A stretch of 64,000 bases of DNA from an uncultured Nitrospiraceae bacterium (GCA_963846575.1 CAWJWJ010000002.1:96001-160000), one strand, 5' to 3'. Positions 50,703-62,616 are shown, numbered from the stretch's first letter. The notes: a model not told the origin generated them from the letters alone. Numbers and translations: made by a program.

Positions 50703-51195
50703 GGTCTTCAGCCCTGGTGAATGGCAGGGACGACTGCAGTAGCAACGGATCTTTTGTCTCCCTCAACCTGGCTGGTGGTGCCGGGATGACGACCGGCCCG
50801 GTGAGGATTTCGAACGTCGGCACGTCTTCCTCCCACATCCTCAAGCTCCGTGAGGAATATCCTGGAAGATGATCCAACCATTCGACCGCGAACCACCAGT
50901 CGTCCCCCACGAACCATGTCCCCGTTGCGATGACTTTGGCTATGGTTCCGACCGGTCGATCCCACCGCGCGGTGATGACCCGCAGATGCGCGCCGGTGGT
51001 GATCCGCGGTCGCGTTCTGGAAACAGGGTTCAGTGTGCCTGAACTATCGCCCACACTCGTTCCGGTGTAGACTCCCTGTCCAATGAGACTGCCCCGCTTT
51101 CTTGCCAGCTTTCGAAGTAACGCTTTCCTGGTCGGTTTCATGCTGGGCCCCATCCTAACGTATGCCGAGCTTGTCGGGAAGGTGGTGGGTGGCAT
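50695..51195 (-). CDS. Hypothetical protein overlapping the DUF72 start
   Basis: Trp-rich ORF; start uncertain. Confidence 0.45.
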   Translation of the reverse strand: MPPTTFPTSSAYVRMGPSMKPTRKALLRKLARKRGSLIGQGVYTGTSVGDSSGTLNPVSRTRPRITTGAHLRVITARWDRPVGTIAKVIATGTWFVGDDWWFAVEWLDHLPGYSSRSLRMWEEDVPTFEILTGPVVIPAPPARLRETKDPLLLQSSLPFTRAEDHE

Positions 51196-51267
51196 CGGCC
51201 TGGGCTGGGAAATGAGTCACGACGCCTGCAACCTGGTTCCACGGCACTTCCTGCTGGAGGTCGAATT

Positions 51268-51825
51268 ATGAACGTAAGACTCGTGTGCGCGTTGATCCCG
51301 CTCTTGTGTCTTCACGCTCCTGTATATGCACAAAGCCCTTGTTCGGACTGTCTGAACGCAGTTGAGAATGAGCTGACGAAATGCCTCGGCAATGCCATTA
51401 GCGCCAATGACAAGGCTTCTTGTCTGGACAACCGGCAAGCGCAGGCGCGGACCTGCAGAAACAGTGAGTGTGCCATCGAGAGAGAGGAGAAAGAGGAAGC
51501 AGAGAATCGAAACGGACAGCCCCAGCCGAACAGGGCCGGCCTCACTCCCTACACACCCACGGAAAGCGAGTGGCTCGCCTTAACCATGCAGGCCAGCCTG
51601 AGACGAGAGGCCGGTCCCGACCATCCGTATTCGCTGGACATTCTGTTAGTGGATCACGACACGCTCCTGATCCTCGTTCGGCATCCATCCACCGTGAATC
51701 GAGAGATGATAAACAAGGCCATTGCCACGGCTCGAGAAGCGATCAGGAGCAGAGCGAGAAGCCACGGGTGGGACAAATGGGTCAAGGTTCGCGAGGCTGT
51801 CGAGCTGTATCCCACCTCCAAATGA
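51268..51825 (+). CDS. Secreted hypothetical protein with a six-Cys N-terminal domain
   Basis: GGAGG RBS; signal peptide; CxxC-C-C-C-C pattern. Confidence 0.7.
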   Translation: MNVRLVCALIPLLCLHAPVYAQSPCSDCLNAVENELTKCLGNAISANDKASCLDNRQAQARTCRNSECAIEREEKEEAENRNGQPQPNRAGLTPYTPTESEWLALTMQASLRREAGPDHPYSLDILLVDHDTLLILVRHPSTVNREMINKAIATAREAIRSRARSHGWDKWVKVREAVELYPTSK

Positions 51826-52040
51826 GCGTCACGATGTTTCTAGGCCTGTGACTGAACGGTCCCCAGGTTCACTCGCGATGGTTGGCAGGTCGCGGTATGA
51901 GGAAGTGTGTAAATCCACGAGCACTCATGGAACTCTTACACGGCGAAGCAGGACTGGTGAGGATCTAATTCTTCTCAGATTGTGCTGAGTGCCGGCAAGA
52001 GTGCATAGTCCATACATCATCCGCCTTGTGGAGGTATGGC

Positions 52041-52865
52041 GTGGACATTCGGAGGTGTGGAATACTGGTCGCCGTTATCGCTGGGCTGACCGCCATCGTC
52101 GGGATCTGGGAGCCGTTGCGGGCTGAACCGCTGACCGTTGGAGCGCCCCCCAGCTTGAGACCGGCTTTCAGCGATATCCTGCCGATGTTCGAGCGGGAAT
52201 ATGATACGGCGGTCAACGTCGTATACACGCCGGCAAAAACCCTGCTTCGTGAAATCGAACAGGGAGATCCGATCGATGTGTTTCTATCGGCGGGGGTTGA
52301 AGAGGTCGAGTCTCTCCACAAGAAGGGACTGACTCTCAACGGCCGGCCCAGGATCTACGCGCAGACGTCTCTCGTCCTCGTGATGGCGGCGGCCTCCTCG
52401 GCCATGTTGATGTCCTTTCAGGATGCACTATCAAGCCGGTCCACCCGTCTTGCCCTCGGTGATCCACGCACGTCCTCATTGGGAGATGAGACCGCCCGGG
52501 CGCTGACAAGACTGTATCCGGGATATAAGAACAGTTCTCACATTCTCCATGCCTCCCATAGTGAGGACATCATGGATTTGATTCGCACGGGCAAGGCCGA
52601 TGTGGGGCTGGTCTACCGCGTCGATGCGATTTCCAATGGGCAGGTTCGCATCACCGATGAATCCCCGTTCGCCACGTATGTGCCGATTCAGTTCGGGCAA
52701 GCAGTCGTCTGGACCTGCCGACCTTCATTGCGTGCCGCCGCAGAACAGTTTTCGAATTTCTTGATGACCCCTCGCATACAGAAGCTCTTAGTCAAATATG
52801 GATTTGATTCCATCCCGCTGCCCATCGGGTCAATCCCCATCGAAACGAAAGAGAGGGTATCATGA
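52041..52865 (+). CDS. ModA-like periplasmic substrate-binding protein (divergent)
   Basis: EIEQGDPIDVFLSA, LALGDP, GKADVGLVY; no modB/modC nearby. Confidence 0.75.
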   Translation: MDIRRCGILVAVIAGLTAIVGIWEPLRAEPLTVGAPPSLRPAFSDILPMFEREYDTAVNVVYTPAKTLLREIEQGDPIDVFLSAGVEEVESLHKKGLTLNGRPRIYAQTSLVLVMAAASSAMLMSFQDALSSRSTRLALGDPRTSSLGDETARALTRLYPGYKNSSHILHASHSEDIMDLIRTGKADVGLVYRVDAISNGQVRITDESPFATYVPIQFGQAVVWTCRPSLRAAAEQFSNFLMTPRIQKLLVKYGFDSIPLPIGSIPIETKERVS

Positions 52866-53455
52866 CCGGCAAAGCCTTGACGTGGATCGCGGTCGTTGCA
52901 ACGACCGCGGCGCTGGCTGCCCCGAGCATCTTCGCGAACGACAAGAAGTTCGGGACCCCGGAGGGTATTTCTCCCGAAACGGTTGCCGACTATTTGCGTG
53001 CGGTCATCATGGCCCACCGGCATTTTTATACCATCCACATCGTGAATCGACTCAACCGGGAGCGCATTGTTGATGCGTCGGAAAACTGGCAGGCCACGCA
53101 TGCACTGCCATTGCCTGTGCAACTCTTGCGGGAGACAAGCGAGATTGCCGAATTGACCGGTCCGAATGTCCGTTACAAGCTGATCAGTCAATGGCCAATC
53201 AATAAAGCCAATGCACCAGCCAATGAATTTGAGCGGACGGCCCTCAAAGCAGTTCAGTCATCTCCCAATAGACCCTATTCCAGCACCATCGAGAGTGGTG
53301 AAGGACAGTTGTTCGAAGCGATCTATGCCGACGTGGCTGTGACAATGGCGTGCGTCCAATGTCACAACGCACATCCCAACAGCCCGAAATCGGATTTCAA
53401 AACCGGCGACGTCATGGGAGGACTTGTGGTCAGCTTTCCTCTAAGCACCCGGTAA
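52862..53455 (+). CDS. DUF3365 (Tll0287-like) c-type heme protein
   Basis: NAPANEFE, ACVQCH, GDVMGG; ATGA overlap with the upstream gene. Confidence 0.82.
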   Translation: MTGKALTWIAVVATTAALAAPSIFANDKKFGTPEGISPETVADYLRAVIMAHRHFYTIHIVNRLNRERIVDASENWQATHALPLPVQLLRETSEIAELTGPNVRYKLISQWPINKANAPANEFERTALKAVQSSPNRPYSSTIESGEGQLFEAIYADVAVTMACVQCHNAHPNSPKSDFKTGDVMGGLVVSFPLSTR

Positions 53456-53667
53456 AAGCCAGATGCGTTCGCGACTACAGTCTGATAGATCCCGCCTCAA
53501 ATCCAAGAGCGACTGTCAGACCGTGTCATTGCCAAGGTGCACCACAAAATAGCGTGGCCGTAACCGCTCTCGAATATGTTGAGATCGCAGGAAGATATCA
53601 AATCGAGAGAGTTACCGAAAAACAGTCACGTCATCAGTGACAGTGATCACGTTTACACCCATCACGC

Positions 53668-54402
53668 TTGAGAGGCATTGTGTTGAACTCCTCCAGAAGT
53701 CACCCCAAAGCACCGCTCGTTTTCCTGATCGACGTGGACGATACCCTGCTCGATGACGGCCGCGTGTTAACCGATCTTCGGCGTCATTTGAGAAGTGCAG
53801 TGGGACGGGAGGGGGAACAACGGTATTGGCAGATCCTTCAGCGGTTGCATCGTAGCTTAGGCTATGCAGATTACCTGGGAGCATTGCAGCAGTATCGGCA
53901 GTCGTATCCGCATGATCCACATGTGCTCACCCTCTCGTCATTTTTGATTCAGTACCCCTTCGAAAAGTGTCTGTTTCCGCACGCCCTGCGGCTTATCAAA
54001 CGGTGCCGCCGCTATGGCACGGTCGTGATACTGTCAGACGGCGATGTCGTGTTTCAGCCACATAAAATCCGACTGTCCGGCTTGGCCGACGCGGTCGATG
54101 GTCAGGTGCTGATTTATGTCCACAAGGAACATCAGTTACCGGACATCGCGGCCTGTTACCCGGCGGAGCATTACATCGTCATCGACGACAACGTGCGGAT
54201 GTTGGGTGCGATCAAGCGGACCTGGGAAGAGCGCGTGACGACCGTATGGGCCTCTCCTCAGAGGAGAGGCCGGACGACGAACGGCACGCGTCACCATCCG
54301 CCACCCGATGTCACGATAGAGTCTCTTCGAGATCTCAAGAAAAAAGACCTGCGGGCGATCAAGGTCCGCCACAAGGGGACGGCACCAGCGAAGCTCGGAT
54401 AG
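53668..54402 (+). CDS. HAD-family hydrolase
   Basis: DVDDTLLD, LSDGD, IDD. Confidence 0.82.
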   Translation: MRGIVLNSSRSHPKAPLVFLIDVDDTLLDDGRVLTDLRRHLRSAVGREGEQRYWQILQRLHRSLGYADYLGALQQYRQSYPHDPHVLTLSSFLIQYPFEKCLFPHALRLIKRCRRYGTVVILSDGDVVFQPHKIRLSGLADAVDGQVLIYVHKEHQLPDIAACYPAEHYIVIDDNVRMLGAIKRTWEERVTTVWASPQRRGRTTNGTRHHPPPDVTIESLRDLKKKDLRAIKVRHKGTAPAKLG

Positions 54403-54495
54403 CGATTCTTGGAACGTCCGCGCGATGATGTCCGGACGGCAGCTGGAACCCTTTCGGGTGCCTCCATGACGATGCCGTCTGACCGATGAAGCGGG

Positions 54496-55083
54496 TCAGG
54501 GACTGGCGCCGGAAAAATCGAGGTCGGTCGAGAGCGGCACCTCAGCCTTGAGCGTCGTGCGCATGTGCTCCAGTGCATGATGATTGATCTCCGGATCAAG
54601 TGATTCGATACAGTCCGACGGCGTGCATAGGCTAAAGCCGCGCATGTACGCATCTGCAGCGGTATAGAGTACGCACATATTGCCCGCGATTCCCGTCACG
54701 ATCAGGCGACGCGCTCCAAGGAAATGTAAAAGGAGCTCCAACGGGGTCGCGTAAAACCCTGAATGTTTCGGTTTTAAAACAAAATAATCTTCAGGGCTCG
54801 GTTGCAACGCCTGCGCCACGGGCCGCCCCCGGCAAGGTTCCTCATGACAGTGCTTCACCAGTGTCTGGAGGTCGTGACGCCACTTCCCGAAGTTATCATT
54901 GACATAAATAGTAGGAACCCCGGCGGCGGAGGCGCGGCACTTGAGTGTGTGAATCCGCCTCGCCATGGACAGGATGGCTGGAAACATGCGCTCGGCATCC
55001 GGAAAGGTAAATGGGTTGATCATGTCCACGATCAGTAGACAGGATGTGGTCGTCTTCGCCGATTCCTTAGCCGGTTGCTTCAT
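54496..55083 (-). CDS. Isochorismatase-family cysteine hydrolase
   Basis: LLIVDMIN, KPKHSGF, GIAGNMCV. Confidence 0.88.
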   Translation of the reverse strand: MKQPAKESAKTTTSCLLIVDMINPFTFPDAERMFPAILSMARRIHTLKCRASAAGVPTIYVNDNFGKWRHDLQTLVKHCHEEPCRGRPVAQALQPSPEDYFVLKPKHSGFYATPLELLLHFLGARRLIVTGIAGNMCVLYTAADAYMRGFSLCTPSDCIESLDPEINHHALEHMRTTLKAEVPLSTDLDFSGASP

Positions 55084-55149
55084 AGCCTATGGAGGATGGA
55101 GGATCGGGTAGGGGAGATCCCCTTCCGAAACTCCTCGAAATCTCTCCGT

Positions 55150-56121
55150 TCATCCACGAGAGGAATGAGGCACTGGTGATTCCTCTTGAAACCGGGGCAG
55201 CCGGGCATGGCGAAGGCTTTCTTCGAATAGGTCACGGTTGATCGCCTGGCCCGCGATGGCCCCTTCCCCGGCGGCGATGATCATCTGGCAATTGGCCGGC
55301 GTAACGCAACCTGCGGCGTAGAGCCCGGGAACGCTGGTCCGCATGGTGGCGTCGACCACAATCTGCCCCTCCTCGTCGAGTTTCGCGCCCGCACTGGTCG
55401 CAAGGGCGTTGTGACACACGTCGCCTCGTGTGGTGAAGGCCGCGTCCAACGGGATGGACTGCCCGGAAGCGAGAGTCAGCGACCGGAGGTGTCCGTCGTC
55501 ATGAGCGACCGCCGTGATCGCCGGAATGCAGACGGGAATCTGTTCGTTTCGTATCCACTCGTCATGGGGCTTGGGCCATGTCGGGTCCGCTCCATTGGTA
55601 CAAATCACCACCGCGGGAGAGAACATCAGCATGCCCAGGGCATATTCCGCCGCTTCGGTATTGTGGCCGATAATGACCACCTTCTTCCCCTTCAACCGAT
55701 AGGCATCACAATCTTTACAGAAGAATAGACTATGTCCGAGACATTCACGCACACCGTCGATCTCGGGCGGCAGGTGGGTGAGCCCGGTGGCAAGCAGGAC
55801 CCGTTTGGCCTCGTACTGTTGCTCGAGGCCCCCCAAGAAAAACCTCGCGCCCTGTACGCGAAGCGATTGAACGGTCTCTTCCCTCACCTCGATGTGGAAA
55901 CGACGCACCTGATCCAGGCCGCGGGCCAACAGTGTGTCCCCGGCGATGCCGTCGGGGAAACCCAGATAGTTCTGAACGTCCTTCTCCCATTTGGCCATCG
56001 AGCGCCCCGAATGCAGGACAATGGTCCGTCGCTGGCTTCTGCCGAGGTAGATCGCCGCGGACAATCCCGCAGGCCCGGCGCCCACTATGACGGCATCCCA
56101 CGGGGTCTGAGACTGACTCAT
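55150..56121 (-). CDS. Thioredoxin-reductase-like NAD(P)/FAD oxidoreductase
   Basis: GAGPAGL, CKDCD, TSVPGLYAAG. Confidence 0.87.
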   Translation of the reverse strand: MSQSQTPWDAVIVGAGPAGLSAAIYLGRSQRRTIVLHSGRSMAKWEKDVQNYLGFPDGIAGDTLLARGLDQVRRFHIEVREETVQSLRVQGARFFLGGLEQQYEAKRVLLATGLTHLPPEIDGVRECLGHSLFFCKDCDAYRLKGKKVVIIGHNTEAAEYALGMLMFSPAVVICTNGADPTWPKPHDEWIRNEQIPVCIPAITAVAHDDGHLRSLTLASGQSIPLDAAFTTRGDVCHNALATSAGAKLDEEGQIVVDATMRTSVPGLYAAGCVTPANCQMIIAAGEGAIAGQAINRDLFEESLRHARLPRFQEESPVPHSSRG

Positions 56122-56528
56122 AGACCGCACCTGCCATGTGAAAGGTGCAGTGCGGGTGGTGTGATTGTCCTGCTAGGGAGGAAGGGCCTAGCGGCGTGAT
56201 CCATAACTAGCATATACGATCCGGTGTAAGTCTGGAATGTACTATGTCATATCGGCGGCCCTGGGTTATCTCGGTATCTCCCTAGTAAATCGGGAAGACA
56301 GTCAGCTGGAAGCACCCAGACAGCGGTCCGTGGTTCGATTCCCCTTGGCGAGCTCCCGTCACCCCCAACGGATGGAGCTGCCGGCGCCTTGCGACCGAGT
56401 AATGCTCACCCGTCAATCTTGCAGAGAGACAAACCGGTCGAGGCCAGAGTCCGCACCTGCGCAGGACAGTGATGCTCCTGTGAGGCTTTGAACGAGGAAG
56501 AGACCAAATGGAAATGTGTCGAGGAGCG

Positions 56529-58178
56529 TCAACGAACGGCGGGTCTGGTCAGATCGTTATTCACCCGGTTGTTGCCCGCGTTCACATCGATGCCTCCAGC
56601 GGGCGGCGGTTTATCGAGGTCGGTATATTGGAAAGTTCCGAAGGGCTGTATCTGGTCATCGGCGGGCAATTGCTTACGGTTCCAGCCTCCGCCGAGCGCA
56701 CGGATGAGAGCCACAGAGCTTCTCAGCAGTTCAGCCTTGATCTGCACCGAGTCGATGCGCGCTGAGAGCGTGGCGACCTGCGCATAAATGAGTTCAAGGC
56801 TGGAAGCGAGCCCTCCCTGATAAAGCTCCGTGGTCAGATTTTGCGTCTTTAACGTAGCTCCCACGGCGGCGTCCTGCCGATTGGCCGCAAGGGTAAGCCG
56901 GTTGGTCAGACTCAAATTGTTCTCGACTTCGCGAAAGGCGTTCAGCACCGTCGAGCGGTACCGATCTTCCGTCTCGCGATAGGCCGACCAGGCTTGCTGC
57001 AACTGGGCGCGGCGATATCCACCCTGGAAGAGCGGCAGCGAGACAGTGGATCCATAGGCCCAAAAACTATTGGCGAGGGCGAGCAGGTTGAATCCGCTAT
57101 CCTCGAACCCGCCGCCGGCTGAGAACCGCACATCGGGGAAGAAGGCAGCGCGGGCAATGCCGATTGCGCGATTCGCCTGCGCCATTTGGCGTTCCATCCC
57201 GGCGATGTCGGGCCGACGCTCTAGCAAGGTGGAAGGGATCGTCCTGGGTATGACAAACTGCGCCACTCGAAGTTCATCGACCGGCTTGATCGTGAAATTG
57301 GCCGGCGCCATGTTGGCGAGTATCGCGATCGCCTGTTCCGTCACCTGGCGTTGGCCTTGGATCTGGGCCAATCTCGTTTCCGTGGTGAACAGCAGCGATT
57401 CGACGCGGGCGACGTCGAGCGCCGACGCGATCGCGCCGGCGAACTGGGCTTTCACCAGGTCGAGTGACTTCTGATAGAGGGCGATCGATTGAGTATAGAT
57501 CGCAATCTGCGCATCGTACCCGCGGAGCGTGAAATAGTTCGCCCCGATTTCCGCCTGCAAGCTGAGCCGCGCCAGTCCATAGTCCGCTGCGCGCTCCTCG
57601 GCCCGGTAGAGTTCGACCCGCGTGGCATTGCGAAGTGCCGACCAAAAATCGGGCTCCCAGGAAGCCAGCCCTCCGCCATGCACCGTGCTCCCGAACTCCG
57701 AAATATTCGGGGGACGAAAGAGTTTGTTGATGGATTCTTTATTGTCCGAGGCGCCGAGCCCCAGGCCTGCCTGAGGAAGGTACTGCGAACGCGCCCTCAT
57801 CATGACATCGCGAGCCTGGACGAACCGTTCGGCGGCAGCCTGCAGATCTGGATTACCAGCCATGGCTTGTTCTTCCAACCTGTTCAGGATTGGATCGTCG
57901 AAAAGCTTCCACCAGTCCGGGCGTAATTCTCCGTCCGATGGTTTCGCCTCGACGAATGGGCTGGCGCCCTTCCAGGAGGCGGGTACGACATATTGAGGCG
58001 GATCGTACTGTGGCGCCAAATCGGCGGCCGGGAACCAATTACAAGCGGGCAGGCTGAGGGCTAGCAACACAAGGCCGCTGCATTGCCGACAGGAGCGAAG
58101 GAATCGTGACATGTCCGGCCTCGTTCGTACCCGCTCGCCTATCACCTGTAACTGATCCTCATTGTGGAGTCCGCTCAT
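56529..58178 (-). CDS. RND efflux outer-membrane lipoprotein (NodT/OprM family)
   Basis: WWKLFDDP, SWEPDFW, LLERRPDI, ALGGGW. Confidence 0.9.
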   Translation of the reverse strand: MSGLHNEDQLQVIGERVRTRPDMSRFLRSCRQCSGLVLLALSLPACNWFPAADLAPQYDPPQYVVPASWKGASPFVEAKPSDGELRPDWWKLFDDPILNRLEEQAMAGNPDLQAAAERFVQARDVMMRARSQYLPQAGLGLGASDNKESINKLFRPPNISEFGSTVHGGGLASWEPDFWSALRNATRVELYRAEERAADYGLARLSLQAEIGANYFTLRGYDAQIAIYTQSIALYQKSLDLVKAQFAGAIASALDVARVESLLFTTETRLAQIQGQRQVTEQAIAILANMAPANFTIKPVDELRVAQFVIPRTIPSTLLERRPDIAGMERQMAQANRAIGIARAAFFPDVRFSAGGGFEDSGFNLLALANSFWAYGSTVSLPLFQGGYRRAQLQQAWSAYRETEDRYRSTVLNAFREVENNLSLTNRLTLAANRQDAAVGATLKTQNLTTELYQGGLASSLELIYAQVATLSARIDSVQIKAELLRSSVALIRALGGGWNRKQLPADDQIQPFGTFQYTDLDKPPPAGGIDVNAGNNRVNNDLTRPAVR

Positions 58179-59432
58179 GTGAGGCCGAAGCTTCCTTCGC
58201 GCGGGAATCTTCCCTTGAGCCAGGAGCTTGTGATCCTGGAGTTTCCTTTAAGGCGGGTTCGGCGGTATTGGTGAGATCGTAACCGGGTGCCGGCGTCACG
58301 ACGCGCACCTTGTCCCCATCCAGCAACGCGGCGCTCGGATTGTTCACGATGCGGTCGGCGGGAGAAATCCCTTCTGCCACTTCGACGACGCTGTCGAGGA
58401 GCCGGCTCACGGTAATCGGTCGTAAATGCAGCTGGGCGTCTTCCGTCACCACGGCCACTTGTGTGCCGTGTTCCTGGAACACCAACGCTGTCGAGGGAAT
58501 CGTGAACACTTTCCGGTCAACCGGCGCCGTGAGATGGACCTGAGCGTAGGAGCCTGGCCAGAGGGCCCTGTCCTCGTTGTCGATAGTGAAGACGGTGATC
58601 GCGGTGCGCGTGCTGACGTCGAATCCACGGGCGACGGTCAGGAACTTGGCATTGAAAGTACGTCCGGGCAGTTGCGGCACGGTCACCTTGGCCGTCAGGC
58701 CCGGCTGGAGGAAGGGGCCGAATGACTCCGGCACGGAGACAAAGAGGCGCAGCATGCTGACGTCGGCCACAGTAAAGAGATTGCTGACCAAGCCAGGATT
58801 ACTAATCGTGCCTTCCTTATTGACGTAGTCACCGACATTGATGTTGCGTACGGTCACGACGCCGTCATAAGGCGCGACGATGGTTTTGAAGCGAATGAGC
58901 GCTTCGAAGTTCCTGACGTTCTGTTCCGCCGCCCTGACCTTCGCCAGTTCGGCTTTCGCCTCCGCCACCTTCACCGAGATCGACTGCTCGGAGACCGCAT
59001 GGTTTTTGCGCAACGCCAGCCAGCGTTTCGCTGTAAGGTCGGCCAAGGCATAGATGGCGCGCACCGACTCCAGATCCGCCTTGGCCTGCGCATACTGGGC
59101 GTCGAGCGCCGGCGCGTTGACCTCAGCGAGCGTATCGCCTTTTTTTACCAGCGCGCCGTAGTCCTTGTACCACATCTTCACATAGCCCGAGACCTGGGCA
59201 TAGATCGGCGCCTGAAACCACGCCTGACACATTGCCGGGAAGCGTAATGGTCTCGGTTGGCGGCACCGGCTTTGGATGGATGACCGCCACAGTAGGCACG
59301 GCATCCACGAGCGTCTGCTCGCGCAGCAAAGCGGCGTCGCTTTTGCTCTCATAAATCCGATAGCCGATGTACAGCGCACAGAGGAAGATCACTGAGATGA
59401 CCACGAGTCTTCCGCGCAGGCGTCTTAGCCAT
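58159..59432 (-). CDS. RND efflux periplasmic adaptor (frameshifts near 59423 and 59228)
   Basis: IYAQVSGY, IVAPYDGVVT, LWPGSYA; N-terminal TM lies in another frame. Confidence 0.8.
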
Positions 59433-62400
59433 TGGCAGTGATCCTTTTGGTGAGCCGTTCGTCTATTGTAGATCATCGCATAGACGCAGGGCACGAAAAG
59501 CAGGGTGAAGACGGTGGCCACGAGCAAGCCGCCGATGACGGCACGACCTAGCGGCGCATTCGTGGAATAGCCTGTCGCCATGGGGACCATGCCCATCATC
59601 ATGGCCGAGGCAGTCATCAGCACCGGACGGAAGCGGGTGATTCCGGCTTCGACCGCGGCCCTCAAGGCATCGCCGTGCTCTTCGAGCCGCTCGCGGGCAT
59701 AGGACACGACAAGGATCGAGTTGGCGGTTGCCGTGCCCATCGTCATGATGGCGCCCGTCAGCGCGGGCTCCGAAAGCCGCGTGTGGGTCAGGAACAAAGC
59801 CCAGGCGATGCCCGCCAGCGCGCCGGGCAAGGCCGTAATAATGATGAAGGGATCCAGCCAGGATTGAAAGTTGACGACGATCAGCAAGTAAACCAGGGCG
59901 ATCGCGGCGACCAGTCCGAAGATCAGTTCGAAATAGGCATCGTGCATCAGCGTGGCCTGGCCATGAATTTCGAGCGCGGCGCTGTCGGGCAACTCCTCCT
60001 CCATGCTTTCGGCCACCTTCTGGACATCTGTCAGCACACCGCCGAGATCGCGCCCTTCGGCGGATACATAGATGTTGAACAGCGGCATGATGTTCCCGTG
60101 TGTGATCACCCCGGGCGTTCCCTCCGCTGAAATTTCGGCCAGATTGCCGAGGAGCTGCATCTCCTCCTGGTTCGAAGAGTTAGTGGCAGACTCGATCGGG
60201 ATGGTCTTCAGGCTATTGACGCTGTTGATCTCTGACTGGGGCGTATAGACATTGATCAGGTACGACATGCCGGTGCTGGGATCGAGCCAGTAGATCTGGT
60301 CGACCTGTTGGCTCCCGGCGGTCGTCATCAGCAGATTGTCGGCCATCTCCTTAAGGGTCCTGTTGACACCGAGTCCGAAGGTGCGATTGCCCTCGACCAT
60401 CAGGGTCGGCGTGCGCATCGTCTGCTGAATCACCACGTCCGTGGCGCCTGGGATCTCGCGAAATTTGCCCGACCAATTTGCGGGCGAACTCGTAGTTGGG
60501 GTACATGTCCGGGCCGTTAATTTGCACATCGATCGGCGCCGGCGCGCCGAAATTGAGAATTTTTGCGGTCAGATCGGACGGCTGGAACGTGAATTCTGTG
60601 CCTGGATAACGCTCCTTCAAGCCTTTGCGGAGGATGCGGCGGTAGTCCCACACCGGCGACTTTTCATTCTTCAGGAGGATCGTCAGGTCACAGTCCTGGG
60701 AGCCGATCGTCGGCGTCGGAATGAAGGCGAGGTTGTGCGGTCCGACTGGCAGGCCGCAATTGCTGACGATGTTTTCAACCTGACCGGGCAGCAACTCTTC
60801 CTCGATGCTGTTGGAGACAAGCGTGGCAATGCGTCCCGCCACCTCGATGCGCGTCCCGAGCGGTGCCCGCATGTGCATCGTGATGATTCCCGACCTGATT
60901 TCGGGGAAGTAATCGCGCCCGAGGAAGAAAAAGAGCGCCAGGGAGCAGAGCGCGATCGCCAGCGAGATTGAAACGAAGGTGTTGCGACGGGCGATGACCC
61001 GCTCGAGCAACTCAGCGTAGCGTTCGCGGAATTTGTTAAAGCCGCGCTCGAATCCCTGCTGAAAGCGGACAAAGACGTTCCGCGATGGTTCCGCGCCGGC
61101 GCGGCCCCTGTTGTTCACGCGGCTGCGACATGGTGATTCCTTCAGCATATATTTCGCCATGGTCGGCACCAGCGTGCGCGACAGGATGAAGGAGGCGAGC
61201 ATGGCGATGATGACCGCTTCGGCCATGGGCTTGAACAGGTAGCCGGCGACGCCGCCGAGTTCGAAGAGCGGGAGCCAGACGATCGCGATGCAGAGGGTGG
61301 CGACGAGCGTCGGGACGACGATTTGATTGGCGGCGTCGATGATGGCCTGTTCGAGCGGCTTGCCCATTTCGATATGGCGATCGATATTCTCGATCATCAC
61401 GGTCGCATCATCGACCAGGATGCCGACGGCCAGCGCCAAGCCGCCCAGGGTCATGACGTTGATCGTCTCCTCGAGCAGATGCAGGCCGATGATGGCGGTC
61501 AGGATCGACAGCGGGATCGAGGTCCAGACGATGGCCGTGGCCCGCCATGAGCCGAGCAGCAACAGCACGATGAGGCCGACCAGCGCACCGGCCATCAGCA
61601 TCTCATGCAGGACATCGGAGATCGAATCCTTCACAAAGGTGGAGGCGTCGTCGATGAGCTTGATCTCAACGCCCTTCGGAGAAATCTGCTCGGCACGCGG
61701 GATCATTTTCTTGATCCCACTGACGACGTCGAGGGTCGAGGCATCCGTGCTTTTCATCGCGACGAGGATGACGGTCTGTTTGCCCTTTACCAGCACCGCG
61801 TTCTGTTGGACCCTGCCCATGAGGCGCACCGTGGCGACGTCGCGCAAGTAGATGAATGCATTGCCGTCGCGCTTGATCGGGATGTCGCTGAAATGCTCAA
61901 TCTGCATCGGGGACGCGTTCGTCTGGACGATCCAGTCGGTTTGTCTTGATCTTGATATCGCCGGCCGGCAGCACGAGGTACTGCCGCATGAGCGCAGTGT
62001 GAATGTCTGCCGGCGTGAGTTGACGGGCGAGCAATTTCTGCTGATCAAGGTTGACCATGACCTGCATGTCCTGGCCTCCGTAGGGGTGCGGCAGGACTAT
62101 GCCCGGCACCGTCACGAGCAGGGGGCGGATGCGCATGTAGACAAGGTTGTAGAGCTCCGCGGGCGTCAGATTGTCGGAGCTGATCTTCAGCATGGCCACC
62201 GGGATGGAGGATGGGGCCAGACGCATGACCATGGGCGGTGAAATATCGGGCGGCAGCGCCTTGACGACGTTCTGGGCGATGCCCACGATATCCGCTTCGG
62301 CCCTGGCCACGTCGACTCCGTCCTGGAGAAAAATATTGGTGATGCTGCTGCCGAAGTAGGAATGACTGTGGATGTACTTAATGCCTTCCACGGTCGAGGT

Positions 62401-62616
62401 CAGAAAGCGTTCGAACAGGTAGGTGATGCGCCCTTCCACCTGCTGCGGCAGCAGGCCGTTGTAGATCCAGACGACAGAGGTGACGGGAATCGTGACATTG
62501 GGGAAGATGTCGGTCGGCATGTGGAGCACCGTTTTGGCGCCCAACAGCACAATGAGGATGGTCATGACGACGAAGGTGTAGGGCCTGCGCAGGGCAATGA
62601 GGACAATCTCGTTCAT
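59433..62616 (-). CDS. RND efflux permease (frameshifts near 61944 and 60478)
   Basis: INVMTLGGLALAVGILVDDA, RFRPVLMT, PLGRAVIGGL spread over three frames; exact end uncertain. Confidence 0.85.

Noticed and set aside
59123..60529. Apparent RND permease-adaptor fusion ORF
   Set aside because: Explained by a single extra base near 59423 (ATG GCT AAG-a-CGC); not a credible fusion.
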